Notes: generated by a model not told the origin, from the sequence alone. Positions 26,367 to 39,719 are shown, numbered from the stretch's first letter. The stretch: DNA of 64,000 nt from Octopus vulgaris (GCA_951406725.2 OX597837.1:23250001-23314000), one strand, 5' to 3'. A program made the numbers and translations.

Positions 26367-26689
26367 GTGTTGATCATTTCAAAGTAGATGGCACCTGTGG
26401 AAGAGGGAGACCCAGGAAGCCCAACATCACTGTATCATCTCTCTCTCATCTCCTCCCCATGCCAACACATTGCTATCCTGCCACTCCTCAATATACCTGT
26501 ATTTCACCACTCACTGTATTTCCCCTTTTCTTCCTCTCCCTACCTTTTCACTTGCGTGAGCCCTCTTCTCACTCACCTTGTACGCCCCATTTACATTCAT
26601 GTCATTGTACCTTGAAGGTATGCCATCTCTTTCTCTCCCTCTCTTTCCCTCCAACTGGGATAACCATGTATCACCTCTACAGTAAGACA

Positions 26690-27005
26690 GCTGTTTCTGT
26701 CCCTCTATCATTGTTAAAGCTCTCATCACTTGAAACCACACCACCCGCCTCAATATCACTCCCTGTCTCAGTTGAGGGATTTTTGTTTTGCAAGTTACTT
26801 GGTAACCCCACTGTTGCTGGTGCCACATAGCAAGCACCCAGTACACTCTGTAAAGTGGTTAGTGTTAGGAGAAGCATCCAGCTGTAGAAACCATGCCAAG
26901 GCAGAGAATAGAGCTTGGCACAGTCTTCTGGCTTGCCAGCTCCTGTCAAAGCATCCAACCCATGCCATCATGGAAGACAGACATTAAATGATGAGGACGA
27001 TGATG
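26690..27005 (+). mobile_element. Family D long variant
   Basis: D tail; inverted near-copy at 27985-28260 (compare ORFs 26677..26958 and 27986..28258). Confidence 0.75.
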
Positions 27006-27289
27006 GTGTTGATGATGTATCTATATATATATATCTGTGTGTGTGTTTTTGTGTTTGTGTTTGTCTCTCTCAACACTGCATGACTTGATGTGTCAGCATA
27101 AGAGACTGGTAGAATCAGCACCAGTCTTAAAAAAGAAAATAAGTCCTAGGGTTGATTCAGTTGACTAAAGCCCTTCAGGTTAGTGCCTCAGCATAACTTC
27201 AGTCCAATCCCTGCAACAAGTAAAGGAAAAGAATTGTTTTTAAATGCTTAATATTAAAGGTAACATTTTAAATAGATAAATGATATAAA

Positions 27290-27482
27290 TTAAGAATCAA
27301 TTGTTGATTGATAAGGCGATCTTTAAAGATTGTTAAAGGAAGCACATGGACCTTGCCATGACCTGGATCGATTATCACAAGGCTTATGACATGGTGCCAG
27401 ATAGATGGATAGTGGAATGCTTGGAAATGTTTGGTATTGCAGCTAACATTAGACAGTCTCTTGTGAGCATTATGGCTGGTTT
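27290..27482 (+). pseudogene. R4/Dong-clade reverse transcriptase fragment
   Basis: QLLIDKAIFKDC*RKHMDLAMTWIDYHKAYDMVPDRWIVECLEMFG matches the R4-type motif LAMAWIDYKKAYDMVPHSWI. Confidence 0.8.
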
Positions 27483-27502
27483 GGGAGGACTCAGATTTTA
27501 CC

Positions 27503-27711
27503 TATTTCTTTACTACCCACAAGGGGCTAAACACAGAGGGGACAAACAAGGACAGACACACGGATTAAGCCGATTACATCGACCCCAGTGCATAACTGGT
27601 ACTTATTTAATCTACCCCGAAAGGATGAAAGGCAAAGTCGACCTCGACGGAATTTGAACTCAGAACGTAATGGCAGACGAAATACGGCTATGCATTTCGC
27701 CCAGCATGCTG
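27503..27711 (-). mobile_element. SINE family B
   Basis: Family B sequence; TSD AGATTTTACC at 27493-27502 and 27712-27721. Confidence 0.85.
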
Positions 27712-27984
27712 AGATTTTACCATCAAGCTGTCAGCAAAATAGTGGGTATCTAACTAGAGTCATCTAAATTCTGGAGGATAATATGACTTCAAATTGTATG
27801 GCTATTATCCCATAAAATTGCAAATCTAATGCTTTGAATATTGTTTTAAGTATACTTGGAATGTATAAGCTAGGCGTGGTTTTGTGGTAAAGTGTTTGCC
27901 TCTCAACCACATAAGTCTGTTCGGTCCCACTGTGTGGCATCTTTAGCAAGAGTCTTCTACTATAACCTCAGGCTGAATAGATGC

Positions 27985-28260
27985 TTTGACAGGAGCTGGC
28001 AAGCCAGAAGACTGTGCCAGGTTCTATTCTCTGCCTTGGCATGGTTTCTACAGCTGGATGCTCTTCCTAATGACAATCACTTTTCAGAGTGTACTGGGTG
28101 CTTTCTACATGGCACCAGCAGCAGTGAGGTCACCAAGTAACTTGCAAAACAAAAATCCCTCAACCGAGATAGGGAGTGATATTGAGGTGGGTGGCTTTGT
28201 GTCGAGTGTTGAGAGCTTTAACTATGATAGAGGGACAGAAAGAGGGGTCTTGCTGTAGAG
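27985..28260 (-). mobile_element. Family D long variant nested in a family C copy (27870-28300)
   Basis: Inverted paralog of 26690-26960. Confidence 0.75.
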
Positions 28261-28452
28261 TAGATTTGTGAGTAGATTTTGAAGATGGAAACTGAAAGAT
28301 GCCTATTGTGTGAGTATTCCACAGATACACCATACCCAAAACATAGTTCTCAATAAGATTCAGCATGACACAGAATGCAACAAAGCTGGCCCTTTGAAAT
28401 GCAGTTAATACTCATTTTACATACATATATATATGTACACTTGTATGTGTGT

Positions 28453-28495
<43 letters not shown>

Positions 28496-28512
28496 TGTGT
28501 GTGTGTACATAT

Positions 28513-28830
<318 letters not shown>

Positions 28831-28848
28831 TATGTGTATATATATATA

Positions 28849-28893
<45 letters not shown>

Positions 28894-28914
28894 GTATACA
28901 TGTATATATATATA

Positions 28915-29110
28915 TGACCGCATGTGTATCGTTAGCGATTTTCTTTCTCTGTCTTCCCTTCTTTGTTTGGACCTTCTCTATATTTCTGACGAAGAGCTCC
29001 GCTCGAAACATGAAATACTTCTTCTTTCTTTCCTTTCCTGAGCGTCCAATAATACTGTACTTATTCCACATCCTCACGTTGTTGTGTTTTCTCTTTGTTC
29101 ATGTTTGGAT

Positions 29111-29115
<5 letters not shown>
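28915..29115 (+). mobile_element. Penelope-like hammerhead module, CUGACGA family, in (TA)n
   Basis: TATTT-CTGACGA-A-GAGC-TCC-GCTC-GAAA-CATG-AAATA at 28981-29017; paralogs at 34135 and 50487. Confidence 0.75.
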
Positions 29116-29156
<41 letters not shown>

Positions 29157-29277
29157 TGTATATACAGTTGAAATTTTCAGAAAACCAAAAGACAAAGGCA
29201 GGTGAATACACAAGCAGGTGTATATATATATATATGTATATATATAAGCTAGGTGTATATATATGTATGTATATGTA

Positions 29278-29308
<31 letters not shown>

Positions 29309-29534
29309 GCAATGAGCCTCTTTCAGTTTCTATGTACCAAATCCACTCACAAGGCTTTTAGTTGGGCTTTGAGCTATTGTAAAAGACACTTGCTCAAGTA
29401 TCAATTGCTTAACATGCTGTGCAGTGTGACTGAACCCAAAACCATGTGGTTGGAAAGCAAACATCTTAACCACACAACAATTCCTGTGCCTATAAACGAT
29501 ACAAGTGAATGAAAGGAGTCATTAATACTCCTTT

Positions 29535-29925
29535 CACTACTGCTGCTGCTGTTGCTGTTGAGCGAAGCGGTCTTCGTTCCAGAGCTCACAAGATGGGAGA
29601 AGTCCGAAACGTGGTCCTCTGCTATTCGTAAGACCCGCAGAAGAGAAAGCAGGTCAACCCTCAACACCGAGAGCATCGACGGATGGATGAATGCACATCC
29701 AGGCTCAGCAGTTGCATAGGAAATCGGGGACAAGATCAGGTAGAAAGAGTGAGAGAAAGTTGGAGCAAAAGAGTACAACAGGGGTCGCCACCACCCCCTG
29801 CCTGAGCCTCGTGGAGCTTTAGGTGTTTTCGCTCAATAAACACACAACGCCCGGTCTGAGAATTGAAACCGCGATCCTCCGACCGCGAGTCCTCTGCCCT
29901 AACCATTGGGCCATTGCGCCTTCAC
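29535..29925 (-). mobile_element. SINE family A variant (third tail, ending in CAG/CAA repeats)
   Basis: A head plus shared CTTTCTCTCACTCTT core, then a different 3' tail. Confidence 0.8.
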
Positions 29926-30219
29926 TTATTGCTGCTGCTTCAGCCCTGTTTCACAGTTCGATGCAACAACCTTTTCCTATTCAGTGATATATTTTCTGAT
30001 TGCATCATTTCCACTGCCATCATAAAACTATACTTTCATCAGTTGTTCTAAAAACCAGCTTCTGAGAGTATGTTTTTAGATGAAGCATTGAATAATTTAC
30101 CAAATAACATACTACATCAATTGCTGAACGTTTTCTGAAAAGTTCACTCTTAAATTAGTCACTCAATTTGGGATTTCCTGTTTCACAAACATCTTATAAA
30201 CAAAATTATTATCATTTAC

Positions 30220-30261
30220 AATAATGATAATAATAATAATAATAATAATAACAACAACAAC

Positions 30262-30326
<65 letters not shown>

Positions 30327-30393
30327 TAATAATAATAATAATAATAGTGATAATAATAATAATAATAATGACAACAACAACAACAACAACAAC

Positions 30394-30452
<59 letters not shown>

Positions 30453-30933
30453 CATAAATAAAATCAAATTAAATTAACAAAAAATAAGAGCCTTTCCACT
30501 TTTGTTTTTTTTTTTAATTTCTTTCCAAATGTCAAAGTTAATTGTCAAATATTGGAATCAGTTGCTAAAAGCAGATTATGGAGATTGAAAGTTTTCCAAA
30601 AATACATTTTGAAATTTCATCAATAACATTCCAGATTCTGACAATCGGCCGGTGTGAAGAGGAACATAATCAAGAGAAAAATTCTCAATCGATATTAATA
30701 TTGTATTTTAACTCATTGTAAATCTGGTCTTCAACAAATAGATATTGTCCTTGCTAGTGTTGTTGTTGTTGTTGTTGTTGTTGTTGTCAGTTTTTTTCTG
30801 TTTGTTTTAAGACAATAAATAATTATCTCTGAAGACAGTAGTAGTAGTAGGGGTTGTGGTGGTGGTGATGATGCTGGTGGCAGTGGTAGTGGTGGTGGTA
30901 GTGGTGATGGTCATGGTGGTGGTGGTGGTGGTG

Positions 30934-30983
<50 letters not shown>

Positions 30984-30985
30984 TA
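30220..30985. repeat. (AAT)n/(AAC)n and (GTG)n/(GTA)n microsatellites flanking a unique stretch (30480-30830)
   Basis: Direct observation. Confidence 0.9.
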
Positions 30986-31084
30986 TAGCAGCAGTTAAAG
31001 AGTATGACAGAATACTGGTTTCTTTCAACTGAGGCTTAAACCCACAGTATATGACTGGTACTTGATGTATACTTTATGCTGTTG

Positions 31085-31376
31085 TTGTTGTTGCTTGTTC
31101 CTTCTCAAGCCATGCCTGGCTCATTAGGGCCGGTTTCCCGGTTTCCCGGTTTCCTTGGTGTATAGGTTCCCTACCTGGATGGGACGCCAGTCCATCGCAG
31201 GTGAGCTGCAAGATGCAGGAGGAAAGAGCGAGAGAAAGTTGTGGTGAAAGAGTCAGCAGAAGTTTGCCATTACCTTCTGCCGGAGCTGTGTGGAGCTTAG
31301 GTGTTTCACTCATAAACACGCACATCGCCCTCGACCGTGAGTCCGCTGCTCTAACCACTAGGCCATGTGCCTCCAC
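31085..31376 (-). mobile_element. SINE family A variant (fourth tail)
   Basis: Head GTGGAGGCACATGGCCTAGTGGTTAGAGCAGCGGACTC; tail ...ATGAGCCAGGCATGGCTTGAGAAGGAAC. Same type as 60853-61383. Confidence 0.82.
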
Positions 31377-31487
31377 GTATACTTTATGTAATAAAGTATT
31401 ATTCTGAAAAGATAACACTTTATTTGTCATTCATTAACACCATATTGGATGTTTCCTGTCCCTATAGGGATGCTTTGGATTTTATAT

Positions 31488-31690
<203 letters not shown>

Positions 31691-32013
31691 TATATTGCTG
31701 AAGATAATGTAGTATTAATATTTGTGGCTGGAAAGAAAGTTTTTATTTAATATATTCAAGAAGACTAAGACGGCAAGTTATCAGAATCATTAGCATGCCA
31801 ATTGAAATGTTAACCAACATTTCATCCATCTTTTCTGTCCTGAGTTCAAATTCCTCCAGAGTCGACTTAGCTTTTCATCCTTTCAGTATCAGTTAAATAA
31901 GTACCAATTGAGTTAGCCCCTTCTCCAAAACTGCTGGTATTTGTCTAAAATTTGAAACTAATGATAAGACTTTAGGTACATTTGTTCTCATTTAAAAATT
32001 TTTTTTTGCTTAA

Positions 32014-32410
32014 CCCCTTACCCGGCAGAAACGAATATATGCGTTTTGACCGAAATCGTTTTTTTCTATCTCTGGCGAGTTAACTCGTCAAAAGATAGAC
32101 TTGCCAAAATCGACAGCAAACGAGTTCCTTTGTCTATTATAAACTCTCTTTTGACATATACGAGTATATTCGCTCACTTTATATGTCTGGCAGTGACGAT
32201 TTCTGCCACCTTTCGCTTGAGTAAGGCATTGAAGACCGAGTATGATTTAGTCACCTGGAGACAGTCGAAGGGTTGGAAGGCACATTTTATGAATAATAAA
32301 TAAGGTTTGAAATATACCTCGAAATCACCATTCAAAACATAGTAAAATAAAACAATAAAAAATATGTCTGAAAAAATACATTTATTTTCAAAATAATTGT
32401 TGGGTAAGGG
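32014..32410. mobile_element. piggyBac-type MITE (third family)
   Basis: TTAA TSDs (32010-13, 32411-14); TIRs CCCTTACCC / GGGTAAGGG. Confidence 0.8.
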
Positions 32411-32495
32411 TTAAGGAGTATTATAACAGATTATCAGTTGAGAGTTGAGTGATAATCTGTTATAATACTCCTTAAGCAAAAAAAAAAAAAAAAAA

Positions 32496-32822
32496 GAGGG
32501 AGCACATCAGTAGCGAGATCATCAGAAAGAAGTCCGGCGTGAGAGATGTCATCGCAGAGTATATACGCAGCAAGTATAGATGGGCTGGACACGTCGCCCA
32601 GCTCACCGATAATCGGTGGACCCACGCAGTTGATGAGTGGTACCCGCGTGAGCGGAAAAGACCACCCAGAAGACCACCACGACGGTGGAGTTATGATTTC
32701 AGGAGGCCGATAGGGATCACTTGGATGAGAAAGGCGCGATTCAGAGAGGAGTGGACAGCGTGCTGTGACCAGCGGTGTCAAATGGACGCCTGACGGACTG
32801 GTCGGTCAAGGTGATCAAGGTG
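32496..32822 (+). mobile_element. 5'-truncated RTE-clade LINE 3' end
   Basis: ORF ..RDVIAEYIRSKYRWAGHVAQLTDNRWT..V.EWYPRERKRP.RRPPRRW; tail (TCAAGGTGA)x2. TSD ATAACAGATTAT at 32423-32434 and 32823-32834. Confidence 0.9.
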
Positions 32823-32924
32823 ATAACAGATTATGCTTTCTGAAAGTTACTTGCACCTGAAGAAATATACTTTGGTAATTTTTCAAATTATGGCTCTTTT
32901 GGGAGTTTAGTTCCTGCTGTCTTG

Positions 32925-33128
32925 TGCAGTTACCCTATCCAGATTACAAGTTCATGTTTATACCTGTAATTATTGGGGCACTGGGATATGTAACACACTG
33001 CCTAAATACCAATCTTGAGAAGTTAGGCTTCTCAAAACCAGAAAGGAGAAAGCTGGGTTGAAGACCACAGGGCCAATCCATAATTGGAACTGTAAACATC
33101 TGTAAAACTTCCCAGAAGTTTATCATTT
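32925..33128 (+). pseudogene. R4/Dong-like restriction-like endonuclease C-terminus
   Basis: YPDYKFMFIPVIIGALGYV...LEKLGF..; PVIIGALG is the hallmark motif. Confidence 0.75.
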
Positions 33129-33204
33129 AAATATATATGAGCATGTCCAGATATGCAATCATATGCATGAGAATACATACATAAAACAAAACATTCAAAT
33201 CTGC

Positions 33205-33265
33205 ACAGATACATACATACATACATACACAAATACATACATACATACACACATACATACATATA

Positions 33266-33299
<34 letters not shown>

Positions 33300-33417
33300 C
33301 ATACATACATACATACATACATACATACATACATACATACATACATACATACATACTTACATACATACATACATACGTACATACATACATACATACATAC
33401 ATACATACATACATACA

Positions 33418-33449
<32 letters not shown>

Positions 33450-33597
33450 CATACATACATACATACTTACATACATACATACATACGTACATACATACAT
33501 ACATACATACATACTTACATACATACATACATACATACACACACATACATACATACATACATACATACATACATACATACATACATACATACATACA

Positions 33598-33631
<34 letters not shown>

Positions 33632-33650
33632 CATATATGCATACATGTAT
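33205..33650. repeat. (TACA)n tetranucleotide microsatellite
   Basis: Source of the MYVC/YIHT artefact ORFs. Confidence 0.96.
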
Positions 33651-34006
33651 AAAATAAATACATACATATGTACATGCATACTGGCACTCTGTTGGTTATG
33701 GTGACAAGTGTCCCAGTTGATCTGATCAATGGAACAGCCTGCTCTGGAAATTACCATGCAAGTGGCTGAGCACTCCTCAGACATGTGTACCAAGGAGATT
33801 CAATGTGACACGGAATGTGACAAAACTGACCCTTTGAATTACAGGTACAACTCATTTTTGTCAGGTCAGTGGACTGGAACAAGGTGAAATAAAGAGTCTT
33901 GCTCAAGGACACAATGTTCCACCAGGAATTGAACTCATGACCTTACGATTGTAAGCTGAGTACCCTAACCACCAAGTCAGGCTCCTACATAGATAAACAG
34001 CCACAA

Positions 34007-34048
<42 letters not shown>

Positions 34049-34134
34049 CTACACATACACACATATACCTCCTTTTCTTGCACTCTCCTGTCTTTGAAAG
34101 AACTTTTTCTTCCCCCATTCCCTTCCGGTCATTT

Positions 34135-34345
34135 CAATATGTGACCTCGTGTGTATCATTTGCCATTTTTTTTCTCCATTTTCCATTCCTTGGACCTTTC
34201 TTTTTTGTATGCTTCTGACGAAGAGCTCCACTCGAAACGTTAAATCTTCCTTCTTTCTTTCCTTTCCTGAGCGTCCAATAACACTATACTTGTTCCACAT
34301 CCTCGCGTTGTTGTGTTTTCTCTTTATTCATGTTTGGATTAACTA
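34135..34345 (+). mobile_element. Penelope-like hammerhead module, CUGACGA family
   Basis: CTGACGA (34215-21)-A-GAGC-TCC-ACTC-GAAACGTT-AAA; palindromic AACGTT stem III; ends in (TA)n. Confidence 0.75.
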
Positions 34346-34349
34346 TATA

Positions 34350-34395
<46 letters not shown>

Positions 34396-35284
34396 TACTA
34401 GACTACCCATGACCTGTTGCGTCCCTGGGAAACTCTGAGTTTCCCAGAAATGAAGTTTTGTTTCGTGGGTTTTTTCGTTTCCATGTTACTTTGCATGTTT
34501 TCAATGAATGTGACATTGAAATCATACATATATGGTTCCTTTCTGCAGTAAAGGAAAGATTTGGCTGCTATTTCTTGCACGCCCTGCTACCACGTAACAG
34601 GTATTTCAGGTCCTTTATCACAAATAGCTAGAAACAGCAGCCAAATCTTTGGTGGTGAGATACATTGAATGTACTCAAATAAAGCCTATGACAAAAAACT
34701 ATTTCACATCAAGGTTACGAACAGGTCTTTTACAAAATATTTACCATATTTTAAAAGTCATTGTCACTTTAAAATAGTTTTTAAATATGTCAATAAAAAG
34801 TTTTTTAATGGTATTCACGTGAAAATAATTTAAAAAACATTAAAATATTATCTGTTTAAAGAAAGCTAGAATATAAATATTTAGTGTACAAACAACTTAC
34901 ATTTTTGAAATCACATTCACTTAAAAATATTTCTAAATGATTAAAATATTGTGTTTAACAAAAGCGAAAGTACAGACATCTACTGCAAGAAAAAAAAATC
35001 ATATTTTTTTATTGTCAAGTCACTGTGTCTAATCTAAAAGTAAGAGTTTCTTCCCTTTCAGGATTAAGATTATTTTCAGAATATTTTTCCCATTATGCAC
35101 CATTTTATCTTAAAAGCCACTTGTTCAATTTGTGTGAAACTTGTTTTATTCTGTTTCTATTAACATTTCAAGGTATACTTAATTCATAGTATTTTCTCAT
35201 TATGCGCCAGTTTGGCTGGGTAACATTGCAAGCAAGCAAGCAAGCAAGATTCAAACTGACTTTTAATGTATTATATATATATAC

Positions 35285-35319
<35 letters not shown>

Positions 35320-35335
35320 TGTATGTATGTATGTC

Positions 35336-35990
35336 CACAGGGTTTTCAGGTTAAGTTTGATGATATGTTGTCTTCATTTTTGAGGAACATCTTGATGTAT
35401 TGGTGAACAGTCAATGGCATTGAAGAGCATAAGGATTGATGTTATTGAGAAAAAGTTAGTTGACATGGAGGACTGGAAACTATCCGAATATCATGAGAGA
35501 GTTGCCTGTGTCATGACGATTTGCACTGGGTGCCAAAATACTGAACACTTGAACTGCTGCACAAGGTTCTGTGAACAATGTAAAGGCTGTGAAACATCAC
35601 ATGGACACCTACAGTGGGGATTATGATGCTATGGCCTGTAGGAAGGGACACAAAAAGTGTTTTAAACTCACTGTAAAGCTTTAAGGCATGATATGAACCT
35701 CATGGAAACCAAGTTTCCCCAAACTGTGATGATGGTCTTTGGGTGTGTTTCCAGTAAGGATGACATCATACCCCCACCCCACCAACATCTTTGAACAGGG
35801 CCTTAAGCTCAATTCAAATGGCCATCTGAAGCTGCTGGAGACTGTGGTCAGGCTCTGGCTGGAAAGTGTTGCTGCCAGAAGGCCATTATATGGCAGTAGT
35901 ATTTGGCTCTGTGCCAAACCCTGGAAACAGTCAGAAATGGTTATCAAAGAATTTCTATGATCTCATCGGCCTCAATTTCTGACCCTTTCA
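35336..35990 (+). pseudogene. Degraded Tc1/mariner (maT/DD37D-like) transposase
   Basis: Frameshifted KFPQTVMMVFGCVSS..PP.IFEQGLKLNSNGHLKLLETVVRLWLESVAARRP. Confidence 0.72.
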
Positions 35991-36119
35991 ATAGACTGAA
36001 ATGACAGTCTGATCTAATGAAGGCTTTATTCAAAATGATCACCTGATGAAACACATTTTACACATTTGATGGATGACAGTGACTACAAAATATATTAGTT
36101 ATATCATCTCACCAATGTA

Positions 36120-36685
36120 TTGGGTTGTCCAGAAAGTTCGTGCCGATTTTTAAAGGAAAGAAAAAGGTCAATAAATACTTGCCATTACATTTTTAATCAA
36201 TCAAATATGAACCATTTTGTTGGACAATGCATCTTCATCTTTCCTTTAACTTGAAAATACCCTCTTCCCAGAATTGAGGTGGTTTCATGGCAAAGAATTC
36301 ATCAAGGTATCTTTTTACGTCATCCAAGGAATTGAAATTTTTACCATTAAGACTATTCTGCAGAGACCTGAATAAGTTGAAATCCGAAGGAGCAATATCT
36401 GTCGAATATGGAGGGTGGGGTAACACATCCCAGCCGAACTGCAGCAATTTTTGTCTGGTTCCCAAAGCATCAAGTGCCGAAAATGAACTTTCTGATCTTC
36501 CATTTTAAAGGGTTACAAAATTAACACAGATTATAGGAACATAAACCTTCTTCCATGAAAAGATAGCTTAAACTGTGCTCTAAATGGATGTGTAGTCAAA
36601 TCCTCTTTTATGGACTCAACCACGTTCTAAAATAAGTCGAAAGGTAAGCTACTATAAATCAGCATGAACTTTCCGAATAACCCAA
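36120..36685 (-). mobile_element. Internally deleted mariner element
   Basis: TA TSDs and ~30-bp TIRs TTGGGTTGTCCAGAAAGTTCGTGCCGATTT. The N-terminus MEDQKVHFRHLMLWE is fused directly to the C-terminus GWDVLPHPPYSTDIAPSDF.LFRSL. Confidence 0.93.
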
Positions 36686-38230
36686 TATTACTGATGACGA
36701 TGTATGGAAACAATTGTAGTGATATGAAATAAAAAATGTCATTTAATCCATTTTCTCTTATTCAACCATGCTTCTTTACAATTTCCAAATTTCACTCACA
36801 AATTATCCGATCAACCAAAGGTTATATTAAAAGACATTTGCCTGGCGTGCCATGCCATGAAATCTAGCCTGAAGCCATGCTTACTTGCAATTCATATATT
36901 CCTTTAAAACAATGGAATGCATGTCAGGGAAAAATGATCAAGTGCCTCATTAAGAGATTAGTTGTTATGTTGGGTTTAGAAAATGTATGAACGATGATAG
37001 AATTTTGAAGACCCTGTCATTAATAACATAGAATATGGAAGTAAGGGGAAGCAGGGAACAGCTGTTTGGTTTATAGCTTGGATTTGATATTGCAGCGATG
37101 CGATCATTTCTCACAGAATGGTACAGGTGTGCAATCAATTTGGCTTGACACAAAGTGCTCTTAGAAATAGAAATTTTAAGTGTGCCACATCCACATATGA
37201 AGTTATTTACTGCAGACAGCTTGTAAATCAGAACTCTGTGAAGGAAGAAAGGAAAGGAAAAGGATAAAAGATTATAAAAGAAAAAAAAAAGAATGAAAAT
37301 CAGAAACATTTGTTTTCCTTTCATTTGGAATTCCTGTGCACGCAAAAGGTCTGGTGAGAAATCACAGGTTAAGAGGAGAAAGAGAGGAAAAGTGAGAGAA
37401 AAACCAGCTCTGTATGTCAAGCGACTATGAGAGAGAGAAAGAGGGGGGATAGAGGGCAAGAGAAAGAGTGAGTGGAGTATAATGGTGAGTGCTAGTATTT
37501 ATTTTTGTACCAAAGATAATTTGGCAAATACAAGGAAAGCATTGTGAAGATAAGAAACTGTTTAAAGTATAATAGGATGTGAAGTTGAAAGACGGGGGGA
37601 ATATTTAAAGTTAATATATAGAGAGAAAAAGAGAAAAGAAAAAGGAGAGAGAAAAGGGGGAGAAAGAAGAGGGAGAGAGAGAGAGAAAGGGAGAGAGAAA
37701 AAAGGAGAGAGAGAAAAAAGGAGAGAGAGAAAAAGGGAGAGAGAGAAAAAGGGAGAGAGAGAAAGAGAGAGGTGTTGAGAAATGTGGAAGTAATGCATGA
37801 ATGAGTGATCAGGTTAGAGTTACCATTTGGTCAAGATCTTGGCACTTCGCTGACAAACATTGATTCCATTTGGAAAGTAATCTACTTTGGTTAAGATTTC
37901 AATATTAAATGGTCTTTAAGGTGGTTCTGAAAAACATGCTTAAAATCTTCTAAACAGCTGTGTCACAATATTATGGTCTGTTGTATCAGCAGTATAGCAA
38001 TTTTACAGTCCATTGCACAAGCTGTGGTTCAATGTCAGTGTGATATGGTTTATCTCCGCCACCATCAACTGTGTACAGAACCTCATGGGTAATGAAGAGT
38101 GGTGAAATATGGTGAATGAAACTGGGCTAGTGAACATTATAATGCAATAGTGTAGCTATAGGGATGTAAACAAACCAGCTCTGTATGTCAAGCATTTGTT
38201 ATGGTATGCACATTAGTAATTTCCATTTTC

Positions 38231-39035
38231 TGTAGCTACTGGAATTGTTGAGTATATAAACAGATTAGTTGCTTGTTTCTCTGGAACTGGTTAAATTGAT
38301 GTAACACCTCTGATGAGAGTGCAATAAGACATGAAAACTGATTAAGGTTCATCATCTTATTCCAATCTATAGAGAAGCAGCTAAATTAACCCTGTTCATA
38401 AAGGTACTATACAGGTTACATATATGATATCATACCTCAACATGTATTATATCATACCTATTTCTTTACTACCCACAGGGGGCTAAACACAGACAGGACA
38501 AACAAGGACAGACAAATGGATTGAGTCGATTATATCGACCCCAGTGCGTAACTGGTACTTAATTTATCGACCCCGAAAGGATGAAAGGCAAAGTCGACCT
38601 CGGCGGAATTTGAACCTAGAACGTAACGGCAGACGAAATACGGCTACGCATTTCGCCCGGCGTGCTACCAGTTCTGCCAGCTCGCCGCCTTATTATATCA
38701 TACTTGTGTGGATTAAAATCCTTGTTAACGAGGCCCTTGATATTCAAAAATAGGGTATTAACACTTACAGTCAGTAAATTTGTAGCTACTGTAACTATTA
38801 GGTATATAAACAGACTGGTTATTTGCTTCTTTAGAATTGGTCAAATTAATGTAGCAGCCTCTGATGCGTATCCAATAAGATTTGAAAATTGATTAAGGTT
38901 CTTCATAATCTTTTACAGTCAATAAAGAAACAGCTGAATTAACTCTCTTTTATAAAGGTACAATACAGGTTACATATATTATACTATACTTTGATACTGT
39001 GCAAACTAAGATCCTTGTTGACGGCCCCTGATATT
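38231..39035 (+). repeat. ~305-bp tandem repeat, each unit with a decayed hammerhead (retrozyme-like)
   Basis: Units start TGTAGCTACT at 38231 and 38781. Cores are CTGATGA (38310) and CTGATGC (38861), with loop CAATAA, GAAAA..TTA-AGGT. Confidence 0.62.
38458..38690 (-). mobile_element. SINE family B, full length
   Basis: TSD TATTATATCATAC at 38445-38457 and 38691-38703. Confidence 0.93.
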
Positions 39036-39719
39036 TAACCCTTTAGCATTCAGATTGTTCTGTCAACTGTATAATGGGTGGCTGCAAAACAAATATATAA
39101 ATGTAATACTACTACTAATAATAATAATAATAATAATAATAATAGTAATAATAATCAATTCTACTAAAAGCACAAGACCCAAAATTTGGGGACAGGGGAC
39201 TAATCGATTATATCAACCCCAGTGTTTCACTGGTACTTAATTTATCAACCCTGAAAGGATGAAAGGCAAAGTCGATCTCAGTGGAATTTGAACTAACTCA
39301 GAATGTAAAGACAACAACAACGACAATAATAATGATAATAAGAAAAAATAATAATAAGAAGAAGAACAACAACAATAATCCTTTCTACTACAGGCACAAG
39401 GCCTGAAATTTTTTGTGGGAGGTGAGTAGTCAATTACATTGACCCTAGTACTTGGCTTTCATCAACCTGAATGGACAAGAGGCAAAGCTGTCAAGAATGG
39501 CATTTAAATTCAGAATGTAAATCTGTAAGAAATGCAAAGAGTTCTACCAGATTGCTGCCTTAATGACGATAATGATCATCATAAAGTTTTTAGAATTTTG
39601 GCACAAGGCTACCAATTTCAGAGGAAGCTTGAGTCAATGTCGATTAAATCCAAATCCAGTGTTCAACTGGTACTTATTTTATTGTCCCCAAAAGGATGAA
39701 AGGCAAAGCCGAGCTTTGT

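Noticed and set aside
37401-38193. Identical AAACCAGCTCTGTATGTCAAGC at ~37402 and ~38172
   Set aside because: Resembles the reverse complement of an internal SINE C segment; not evidence of a new element.
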